A stretch of 38,028 nucleotides of DNA from Candidatus Zambryskiibacteriota bacterium (lineage in GTDB: Bacteria; Patescibacteriota; Minisyncoccia; Phycocordibacterales; WO2-35-19). Positions 19,901 to 26,925 of this stretch are shown here, piece by piece (within the stretch, counting starts at the first letter, position 1; the number at the start of each line of letters is the position of its first letter). The notes beneath the pieces were generated by a model that did not search any database, was not told where the DNA came from, and worked only from the letters and a program-made list of their open reading frames with translations. The stretch lies in NCBI GenBank assembly GCA_043799105.1, contig JAZDOB010000003.1, forward strand, positions 1 through 38,028. The letters are read 5' to 3'. A program made the translations under genes and the position numbers.

Positions 19901-20654
19901 GGTTTTCTCCTTCATCGTCATTTAATATACCTAAAGATTTTTTGAGAAATTCAATTTCAAGTTTTTTGTATTTTTCTCTTTTCGCTTCACTCTCGGGGCC
20001 AATCGGCCTTTTTTTCATCTTGCTATTATCTAAAATATCTGAAAAATCTTGTCCATCCACATTAGGTTCACCCTTTTCAAAGGCCTCCTTTTTCCATTGT
20101 GGCCAATTTTCAAACCCTTTGGGAAGTTTTGGTTCCTGCTCTACCTCTTGATAAATCGGCTGTTCCGGTACAGGCTCTGGTTCCGGTTCCGGTTCCGACA
20201 CTAGCGTTGGTTCTTGTACCAATTGAGTTTCCTCAACAATTGGAGCCACTGGTAGGGGAGTTTCAGCTTGGGGTTCAGGAGTTGGCACAGTAGTTTCAGT
20301 CGAAGCTTTAGCTCCTGCATTTTTAGCTGAACGTTCTTCAAAAATTTCTTGCAATTTGCCTATATCTTTTCTGTCTTCGGGATCAAAATTAGAAAGATTA
20401 AAAGGTTTAATGGGTTCTCCTTTTTGAACTCTCTGTGAATTATCACTTAGTTCGGCCGCTGCACTAAGGTCACGCAAATCTTCACTAAATTCCCGACTTG
20501 GTTCAAAACTCTCTAGTTTCTTTTTGAGAATTTCGAGTCGTTCGATCTGTTTACTATTTAATTGTTTTGATGCCACCAATGATAAATATTCATCCTCGAT
20601 ATCTTCTCTTTCTTCAGGATTAATTTCTTGATTTTTTGGAGTTTCTTCATTCAT
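16920..20654 (-). CDS. Large acidic Pro/Glu-rich protein with coiled coils and Gly-rich hydrophobic segments
   Basis: 1246-codon ORF; ATG at 20654 lies 7 nt from a TATAAT. Confidence 0.85.
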   Translation of the reverse strand: MNEETPKNQEINPEEREDIEDEYLSLVASKQLNSKQIERLEILKKKLESFEPSREFSEDLRDLSAAAELSDNSQRVQKGEPIKPFNLSNFDPEDRKDIGKLQEIFEERSAKNAGAKASTETTVPTPEPQAETPLPVAPIVEETQLVQEPTLVSEPEPEPEPVPEQPIYQEVEQEPKLPKGFENWPQWKKEAFEKGEPNVDGQDFSDILDNSKMKKRPIGPESEAKREKYKKLEIEFLKKSLGILNDDEGENPGKSTDELFEEMSKVSEQMANSTYNHTTNGRSKEYLENRLKKLTAETISPLQTETRVESLPEMDKVTEIEYLKNNVELFATQKKLDEVRKALKDGSAMKEQEKEIQDTLNNLLNKVSETEEKFHIPYHDESSHDEVFFTSKLMELDPTMIQPSVPELVSAPEVPPETAVSSEPVIEPISVPISESLPEIQMESSQEPVSEAEKSPDEEAKEFSEELDSLEHQLTKEKTANAMTEPAISEVSEKNIQPEVQSQPITPVEDTLEWNDSDEWKEFKKLRDELAKDETSDRSTLKLSDKDLRTKYAKEREKVADLLKRQAYENLGIDESSATPEQKSKINDSIFEELVQKENDAYLNALKANREKTWLDKGKIGLAKMAGSRTMQWYLKLPRAQRMAINFTLGTAIGLGLGAAGSIGAVGYTGMRLARAGASFGGSTLGAVIGERKKGWSLEDLDKEEKEKTEALKASDKTLEEKSKELAKISGEYGEKRRKIKLNKAILTIGLGAGAGLLSGLSEHLVGGVGKPSAPEGGANRPDVMPAGHAPTPKLSDIPSAPKPGPEVLTEPTVPEPSLDIEDIKPKPPIDMDQINQMKISKEIFENPENLEHIKIEGNTNSAWKAIEKVFKENEQFNRFNPGQKDNVVSFFTNKLVKNPKEYGFIPDEGFGVKLELNQEISLSKLLNDPDEIKRVLKGAADMTPKEQEYAEELRKQIETYNIAHHNEPLTIDKVSEILATKPKIVENIPEPMQEPILEPTPIRLGPESSGSPSATAKAALGKAEPIPAPVPKTLDENQLNKEIDAYQQRLNELERNIKKPPIIDKKIMAGMAGTAGLAAGVATAGSFGGQKTEGAGNGNLERTFVSDSKKAQEMRVSAQIAKETFENGINETHGKKGMMGFGRVKGIDSKEWKELEGFVAKNLIQYTKKEEREKLPAKFLKIMELPQNQRFLEGLIHVIGEIDKQTGNIIIPREEEHPGEYMLRLIGSLPLETSQLENLQKAA

Positions 20655-20692
20655 ACCCAAAATTATAGTTTAAATATAAAGCAAACACAAAG

Positions 20693-20715
20693 CCCGCCTG
20701 TGCAGTACGGGCAGG
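20693..20715. repeat. CCYGCCYG/CGGGCRGG micro-palindrome next to the nusA -35
   Basis: CCCGCCTG-TGCAGTA-CGGGCAGG; same ends as 717-743. Confidence 0.55.
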
Positions 20716-20716
20716 C

Positions 20717-20745
20717 TTGACTGTTTATTACCTCGGGTATATAAT
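20717..20745 (+). promoter_or_regulatory. nusA promoter
   Basis: TTGACT-17-TATAAT. Confidence 0.75.
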
Positions 20746-20771
20746 GGTCGGTGATACTGAAAGATAGATAT

Positions 20772-20797
20772 GCCTGCTGACCGCAGGTTTTTTCTTT
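20772..20797 (+). terminator. Terminator-like hairpin in the nusA leader
   Basis: GCCTGC-TGACC-GCAGGT followed by TTTTTCTTT. Confidence 0.55.
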
Positions 20798-20825
20798 AAA
20801 ATAATTAGAAATTTAATAAAATATC

Positions 20826-21962
20826 ATGTTTGATTTAAAAGTGATTCACTCGGTTTTGGACCAGTTGGAAGAAGAAAGAGGAATACCAAAAGAAAAGGTG
20901 CTTGAAGCCATTGAAATGGCTCTGGCTACCGCTTACAAAAAAGAATACGGCAAGCGCGGGCAAATCATCCGCGCCAAGTTTGACTTGCGTACCGGCTCGG
21001 TAGAAATGAACCAGATCAAAATCGTAGTAGATGATTCAAAAGTGTTTATGAACAAAGAAGATTTGGAAGAGGCCTTGGAAGAGGCAGAGGAGAAAGATGA
21101 CGACAGAGTTCTTTACAATCCGGAACACCACATCTTGCTTCCCGATGCTCAAAAAATAAAAAAGGGGGCAGTGGTAGGAGACGAGATCACCTTCCCTATC
21201 GAATCAAAGGGAGATTACGGGCGCATAGCTTCGCAAACCGCCAAACAAGTCATCATGCAAAAAATAAGGGAAGCAGAAAGATCTTCGGTGCTTAAAGAAT
21301 TCGGTGAAAGAGAAGGAGAAATCATTATGGGCACCGTGCAAAGAATCGAGAGAGGCAATATATTTGTTGATGTAGGAAGAGCCGTCGGCATTTTGCCCTA
21401 TGAAGAACAGATCCCCGGCGAAAGATTCAGTCAGGGTGAGAGAGTTCGGGCATATTTGTATAGAGTGGAAGACGGCCCCAAAGGTGTGGCTCTTCGTCTT
21501 TCCCGTTCTCACCCGCGTTTTCTCATAAAACTTTTTGAAAATGAAGCGCCAGAGCTTGCCAATGAAACAATAGAAATAAAATCGGTTGCCAGAGAAGCCG
21601 GCTCACGCTCCAAAGTGGCGGTTGCCAGTAACGACAATTACATAGACCCTGTCGGTTCTCTCGTCGGCCAAAGAGGGGTGAGAGTAGCCACTGTTACCTC
21701 GGAGCTCGGCGGAGAAAAAATAGACATTATAGAATGGTCCGAAAACCCTATGGAATTTATAGAAGACGCTCTCTCTCCCGCCAAAATAGCTTCCGTTGAA
21801 ATAGACGAGGAAAATCATCAGGCCAACGTTGTCGTTTCTGAAGATCAGCAGTCTTTGGCTATCGGCAAAGGCGGTCAAAACGTGCGTCTCGCCGCCAAAC
21901 TCACCGGCTGGAGAATCGACATAAAGTCAACCAAAGGAGAAGAACTGGAGGTGGCGGAATAA
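20826..21962 (+). CDS. nusA: Transcription termination factor NusA
   Basis: RIASQTAKQVI, S1 and KH domains, AIGKGGQNVRLAAKLTG. Confidence 0.98.
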   Translation: MFDLKVIHSVLDQLEEERGIPKEKVLEAIEMALATAYKKEYGKRGQIIRAKFDLRTGSVEMNQIKIVVDDSKVFMNKEDLEEALEEAEEKDDDRVLYNPEHHILLPDAQKIKKGAVVGDEITFPIESKGDYGRIASQTAKQVIMQKIREAERSSVLKEFGEREGEIIMGTVQRIERGNIFVDVGRAVGILPYEEQIPGERFSQGERVRAYLYRVEDGPKGVALRLSRSHPRFLIKLFENEAPELANETIEIKSVAREAGSRSKVAVASNDNYIDPVGSLVGQRGVRVATVTSELGGEKIDIIEWSENPMEFIEDALSPAKIASVEIDEENHQANVVVSEDQQSLAIGKGGQNVRLAAKLTGWRIDIKSTKGEELEVAE

Positions 21963-22019
21963 AAGAGTATAATTATCATATACGGCTGTGGTTGATTATA
22001 AATAAACTGAATATATGAA

Positions 22020-22087
22020 CCCCGTTAGAAATTCAGAAAACTAATGGGATTCAGTAACAATAAAAAACATGAAAACTTCTAACGGGG
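22020..22087 (+). mobile_element. Start-codon-targeted element, copy 3 (68 bp)
   Basis: TIR CCCCGTTAGAA/TTCTAACGGGG; direct repeat TGAA at 22016-22019 and 22088-22091; regenerates GTG. Confidence 0.8.
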
Positions 22088-22713
22088 TGAAAAACAAATC
22101 ATTATTAATCTTAGTCATTGTTTCTCTTCTGATCTTGCCTGGTTTGTCTTTTGCCCAGTCAACAGCTTCCGGCAATACCGAATCGGAAGATGGAGGAAAG
22201 GCAAAAGAAGTCAGAACCATAAAAGATGAGATAGAAAACAAAAAACAAATTCTCCGACAAGAGATGGCGTCAAGGACGGACGCTATAAAGAGTTCCGTTC
22301 AAGAAAGGAGACAAAACGCCGTCGATAAAGTGATAGAAAGGATAAATCAGTTCGTCAGCAACATTATCAAGAGATACGATGCCGCCACCAACCGCTTGGA
22401 AATATTGGCAGACAGAATAGATTCCAGAATAACTAAAATAGAATCCGGAAATATTGACGTTTCCAAAGCCAAAGAACTTCTAACGGTCGCCAGAGCCAAG
22501 ATAGAAATAGCCAAGGCGGGTGTCAATGACATTGCCAGCACCACCAGTAATACCACGTTTGGTTCTACTACCGCCACCGTCAAAAAAGATTTTGAAGTCA
22601 TAAAAATTCAAATAGAAAAAGCCAAAGAAGATATCAGAGTGGCCCACGCCGCATTGATAGATGTCGTTGAAAATCTAAAACCGGGCCAAAATAAGCTGGA
22701 AAAAGAAAATTAA
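22069..22713 (+). CDS. Secreted coiled-coil hypothetical protein (start ATG 22069 or GTG 22087)
   Basis: Signal peptide ending SFA; helical repeats. Confidence 0.8.
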   Translation: MKTSNGVKNKSLLILVIVSLLILPGLSFAQSTASGNTESEDGGKAKEVRTIKDEIENKKQILRQEMASRTDAIKSSVQERRQNAVDKVIERINQFVSNIIKRYDAATNRLEILADRIDSRITKIESGNIDVSKAKELLTVARAKIEIAKAGVNDIASTTSNTTFGSTTATVKKDFEVIKIQIEKAKEDIRVAHAALIDVVENLKPGQNKLEKEN

Positions 22714-22732
22714 TAATTAAAAATCTAAATAT

Positions 22733-23035
22733 ATGGATACATTCAATCCAAACCAAATGCCTCCGATACCAAGCGACACAAACAAAAAATCGATGGGGCC
22801 ACTTGTTGCCGTTATAATTATTTTGGCGCTTATAATTATAGGCGGTTTGTATTTCCTTAAACAGCGATCCTCACAGGAGACATATGTACCGGCAACAGAA
22901 AATGACGCCATCACCGATTCTTTAAACACCCAGAGTAATTCCGACAACTTAAACTCCATAGAAGCAGATCTGAATGCTACCGATATTAACAACCTGGACC
23001 AAGGCGCCTCTGCCATTGACGCAGAGTTGCAATGA
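22733..23035 (+). CDS. Single-TM hypothetical protein
   Basis: GPLVAVIIILALIIIGGLYF; acidic tail. Confidence 0.75.
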   Translation: MDTFNPNQMPPIPSDTNKKSMGPLVAVIIILALIIIGGLYFLKQRSSQETYVPATENDAITDSLNTQSNSDNLNSIEADLNATDINNLDQGASAIDAELQ

Positions 23036-23060
23036 TTAGTTTTTTTGATAAACTAGCTCG

Positions 23061-24125
23061 GTGCCATACGAAGTTAAAATAAAAAAACTGCCCAAGTCGG
23101 AGGTAGAGATGGGGGCAACATTGCCCGCCGATTTTTTGGTGTCTGCGAGAAAAAAAGCTATTGGGATGTTTTCCACATCTCTTGATATTGCCGGTTTTAG
23201 AAAAGGACATGTACCGGAAAATATTGTAGTTGAAAAAATCGGTGAGGATAAAATCCTTGAAGAAGCTACCGATATCCTCTTAAAAGAGCATTTCCCCAAA
23301 ATCATGGAGGAAAATAAATTGGATATCATCGGTCATCCCAAAATTTCTATCACCAAATTAGCTTTGGGAAACCCCGTTGAATTTAAAGCTGTTTTTGCTG
23401 TTATGCCTGAGTTTGAATTGCCTGACTATAGAAAAATAGCTGCAAGTAGCAAGCAGCAAGTAGCAAGCAAAGAAAAAAGGGAAGATTTAGAAGCGGGCGA
23501 AGAAGAAATAGAAAATGTTTTGCTTCAGATAAGAAAAAATAAAGCCCATTTTGATTATCATGAGAAACATCCTGAAGACAAAACCCATAATCACGAAATT
23601 AAAGATGAGGATTTGCCCGTTTTGGACGATGAGTTCGCCAAAATGGCCGGAAATTTTAAAAATTTGGACGAACTAAAAAATAAAGTTAAAGAAAATATAA
23701 TTGCTGAAAAGAAAATCAGAAATATAGAAAAAAAGAGAGCTGAAATTATAGAAGAACTTTTGAAAAATACAAAAATAGAGATGCCGGAAATATTGATAGA
23801 AAGCGAAACTCAAAAATCTTTGGCTCAAATGGAGGGCGACGTGGAAAGTACGGGAAACAAATGGGAAGAGTATCTTTCCCAAGTCAAAAAAACGGAGGAT
23901 GATTTGAAAAAAGATTTAAGAGAAAGCTCAGAGAAAAAAGCCAAGATCCAGCTTATATTCAATAAAATCGCCGAAGTGGAAAAACTTGAACCCAATAAAG
24001 AAATTTTGGAAAACGAAGTCAAAGAAGTTTTAAAGTACTATCCCAATGCCTCCGAACAAAACGCCCGCATTTATGTCGCCACCATTCTTCTCAATTCCGA
24101 GGTGTTGAAGCTTTTAGAGAAATAA
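23061..24125 (+). CDS. tig: Trigger factor lacking the PPIase domain
   Basis: GFRKGHVP, LPVLDDEFAK; 354 aa; upstream of clpP. Confidence 0.92.
   Translation: MPYEVKIKKLPKSEVEMGATLPADFLVSARKKAIGMFSTSLDIAGFRKGHVPENIVVEKIGEDKILEEATDILLKEHFPKIMEENKLDIIGHPKISITKLALGNPVEFKAVFAVMPEFELPDYRKIAASSKQQVASKEKREDLEAGEEEIENVLLQIRKNKAHFDYHEKHPEDKTHNHEIKDEDLPVLDDEFAKMAGNFKNLDELKNKVKENIIAEKKIRNIEKKRAEIIEELLKNTKIEMPEILIESETQKSLAQMEGDVESTGNKWEEYLSQVKKTEDDLKKDLRESSEKKAKIQLIFNKIAEVEKLEPNKEILENEVKEVLKYYPNASEQNARIYVATILLNSEVLKLLEK
23442..23469 (+). repeat. Four 7-bp GCAAGYA tandem units within tig
   Basis: GCAAGTA GCAAGCA GCAAGTA GCAAGCA. Confidence 0.7.
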
Positions 24126-24271
24126 CCTCATCCCCGGCCCTTCCCCTAGGCGCAGGGGAAGGGAGAGGGATATTAGGATTATCACTATGTGAGATATGTT
24201 TCCCCTCTCCTGCATCTACTCGCCCGGCGTAGCCTTGGCGAAGCGGGGGGAGAGGGGTAAGGGGTGAGGTT
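24123..24271. repeat. Inverted pair of REP-like hairpin elements, the right one interrupted by a CTTCGC-N4-GCTACG element (24219-24248)
   Basis: TAACCTCATCCCC..CCCTTCCCCT-AGGCGC-AGGGGAAGGG; CCCCTCTCC....GGAGAGGGG..GGGGTGAGGTT. Confidence 0.7.
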
Positions 24272-24310
24272 GTATTTTGGAATAATTATGCTATACTTAA
24301 AGCATATGAA

Positions 24311-24414
24311 TCCCGTTAGAAGTCACGGAAATCAAGAGCGGGGTTATTTATAAATAATTTAATTTAGTAGAAAATTGCAGTATTTAGTAATGTGATTTCC
24401 TACTTCTAACGGGA
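24311..24414 (+). mobile_element. Start-codon-targeted element, copy 4 (104 bp)
   Basis: 13-bp TIR TCCCGTTAGAAGT/ACTTCTAACGGGA; direct repeat TGAA at 24307-24310 and 24415-24418. Confidence 0.85.
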
Positions 24415-25004
24415 TGAAAAACACACAAAATTCAATATTAGTGCCAACGGTTATAGAGAAAACTCACAACGGTGAGAGGGCTTATGATATTTATTCACGA
24501 CTTTTGAAAGACAGGATCATATTTTTGGGCGGTCAGATTGAAGATACCATGGCCAACCTCATAATCGCCCAGCTCCTCTTTTTGCAATCCGAAGATTCCA
24601 AAAAAGATATTTCCCTTTATATAAACTCTCCCGGCGGTTCGGTCACTTCTACCCTCGCCATTGTAGATACAATGAAATTTATAAAACCGGATGTTTCTAC
24701 TTTTTGTGTTGGTATCGCCGCAAGTGGCGCTGCTTTGGTCCTTTCGGCAGGAACAAAAGGGAAAAGATTTATTCTCAAAAACGCCGAGGTTATGATACAT
24801 CAGCCGATAGGCGGCACCGAGGGACAGGCGACTGATATCTCCATTCACGCCAAACATATCTTGAAAACAAAAGAGAACCTGAACAAAATGCTAGCCGAAA
24901 ATACGGGGCAACCGCTCACTAAAATCGAAAATGATGTCGAGCGAGACTTCTTTATGTCCGCCGACGAAGCCAAGAAGTATGGAATAGTTGATAAGATACT
25001 CTAA
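24414..25004 (+). CDS. clpP: ATP-dependent Clp protease proteolytic subunit
   Basis: [26 protein letters not shown]. Confidence 0.98.
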   Translation: MKNTQNSILVPTVIEKTHNGERAYDIYSRLLKDRIIFLGGQIEDTMANLIIAQLLFLQSEDSKKDISLYINSPGGSVTSTLAIVDTMKFIKPDVSTFCVGIAASGAALVLSAGTKGKRFILKNAEVMIHQPIGGTEGQATDISIHAKHILKTKENLNKMLAENTGQPLTKIENDVERDFFMSADEAKKYGIVDKIL

Positions 25005-25022
25005 ACCCAGATATGGCGGAGC

Positions 25023-25063
25023 TCCCCTCGCCTAAACTAGGAGAGGGGTTTGGGGGTGAGGTC
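25023..25063 (-). repeat. Single REP-like hairpin element
   Basis: CCCCTCGCCTA-AAC-TAGGAGAGGGG..GGGGGTGAGGTC. Confidence 0.6.
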
Positions 25064-25206
25064 ATGGACAAAATTCTCTAAATTTTGTATACTACTTCTG
25101 TTATCATTAAATTTCGTAATTTCCTTTAATGTTTTTATTTTCCAATAAAAAAATCAAGTGTAAACTATTTACTGCTCGAAATTAAAGCGGGATTACAACA
25201 AAATAT

Positions 25207-26736
25207 ATGTCATTAAAATTAGCGGTACTCTTAGCGGGTTTAGCCGCTTTGGTGGGTGTCGGCTTCGGATATTTCTTAAGGTGGATTATTTCTTTGGGGC
25301 AACGTGGTTCGGTGGAACTTCGCATCAAACAGATGGAGCTTCACGCACGCGAGGAAGCCAAAAAAATTACGGCAGAGGCGGAAAACAAAGCCGGAGAAAC
25401 TTTGAGAGAAACCCGAGCCGAGTTTAAAGAAAAAGAAGAAAAAATAAAAAAGACCGAGGACCGCCTCATAAAAAAGGAGGAGTTTTTGGACAAAAGACAG
25501 CTTGATATAGACAAGGAAATCGAACAAGTCAAAGAAAAAGTCTCCGAAGTCAGAGCCATAAAGGAAAAAGTGGAGACTTTGGAAAAACAAAAATTTGATG
25601 AGCTTCAAAAGGTCTCAAATCTCTCCGAGGATGAGGCCAAAAATCTTCTACTCCGAGAAATTGAAAGGAAACACGAGGAAGATATAACGGTCAGAATGCA
25701 AAAATTGGAAAACGGCGGTAGCGAAAAAATCGAAACCAAGGCCAGAGAGATACTGACATCTTCCATACAAAGATTAGCCAATTCGGTCTCTTCCGAAGTA
25801 TTTTCTACTACCGTCAGTATTCCTAACGACGAAATAAAAGGCAAAATCATAGGCAAGGAAGGCAGAAACATAAAAGCTTTCGAAAGAGTTTCCGGAGTGG
25901 AAATTATCGTTGACGATACACCGGGACTTATCACCATATCTTCTTATGATTCGGTCAGGAGACAAGTAGCCAGAGTAGCGCTTGAAAACCTCATACAAGA
26001 CGGCCGTATTCAGCCCGCCAAGATTGAAGAGATGGTGGAAAAGGCCAAACAGGAGATAAACAAAATCATAAAAGAAAAAGGTGAAGCGGCCGCTTACGAA
26101 TGCGGAGTCTTCAATCTTGACCCGAGAATTGTTTCCATCTTGGGGCGATTGCATTTCCGTACTTCTTACGGCCAAAATGTTTTGCAACATTCCATTGAAA
26201 TGTCTCACATCGCGGGAATGCTCGCCACCGAAATCGGCGCCAACGTAGCCATCGCTAAAGCCGGTGCCCTGCTTCACGATATAGGCAAAGCAGTAGACCA
26301 CGAAATCGCCGGTACTCACGTAGATATCGGCAGAAGAATTTTACAAAAATTCGGAGCTGATGAAAAAATAATCCGCGCAATGGAATCGCACCATGGCGAA
26401 TATCCTTACTCCACTTTGGAGTCTTACATCGTGCAATCGGCCGACGCCATTTCGGGCGCCAGACCGGGCGCCAGACGCGACAGTGTTGAAAATTATTTGA
26501 AACGCTTGAGTGAATTGGAAGCCATCGCCACCACCATTACCGGCGTGGAGAAAGCTTATGCTTTGCAAGCCGGACGTGAACTCCGTATCTTCGTCACTCC
26601 TTCTCAGGTCAACGATGTTGAAGCCAAAGAAATCGCCCGCGATGTCGCCGTCCGTATCGAAAACGAACTTAAATATCCGGGTGAAATCAAAGTTGTTGTC
26701 ATCCGCGAATCAAGAACGATTGAATTTGCGAGATAA
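25207..26736 (+). CDS. rny: Ribonuclease Y
   Basis: N-terminal TM, coiled coil, KH (IIGKEGRNI), HD (LLHDIGK), ARPGAR. Confidence 0.98.
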   Translation: MSLKLAVLLAGLAALVGVGFGYFLRWIISLGQRGSVELRIKQMELHAREEAKKITAEAENKAGETLRETRAEFKEKEEKIKKTEDRLIKKEEFLDKRQLDIDKEIEQVKEKVSEVRAIKEKVETLEKQKFDELQKVSNLSEDEAKNLLLREIERKHEEDITVRMQKLENGGSEKIETKAREILTSSIQRLANSVSSEVFSTTVSIPNDEIKGKIIGKEGRNIKAFERVSGVEIIVDDTPGLITISSYDSVRRQVARVALENLIQDGRIQPAKIEEMVEKAKQEINKIIKEKGEAAAYECGVFNLDPRIVSILGRLHFRTSYGQNVLQHSIEMSHIAGMLATEIGANVAIAKAGALLHDIGKAVDHEIAGTHVDIGRRILQKFGADEKIIRAMESHHGEYPYSTLESYIVQSADAISGARPGARRDSVENYLKRLSELEAIATTITGVEKAYALQAGRELRIFVTPSQVNDVEAKEIARDVAVRIENELKYPGEIKVVVIRESRTIEFAR

Positions 26737-26793
26737 CAGGAAAGGTCCTCTTACTTTTTCCTTTCGGAAATTTCAAAGTCGCGCCTTCCCTTA

Positions 26794-26925
26794 CTAACTC
26801 ACCAAACCTCTCTTAATTTAAGAGAGGGTTTAAGGTGTCAAAGACGGTCTTTGACACTTTTTAATAAAAAGAAGACGAAGTCATCCTTAAATTCCCCCTT
26901 AAGTTAAGGGGGATTTAGGGGGTTA
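26794..26925. repeat. REP-like inverted pair enclosing a perfect palindrome (26835-26857), likely terminator region between convergent genes
   Basis: CCTCTCTTAATTTAAGAGAGG; GTGTCAAAGAC-G-GTCTTTGACAC; TCCCCCTTAAGTTAAGGGGGA. Confidence 0.65.
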
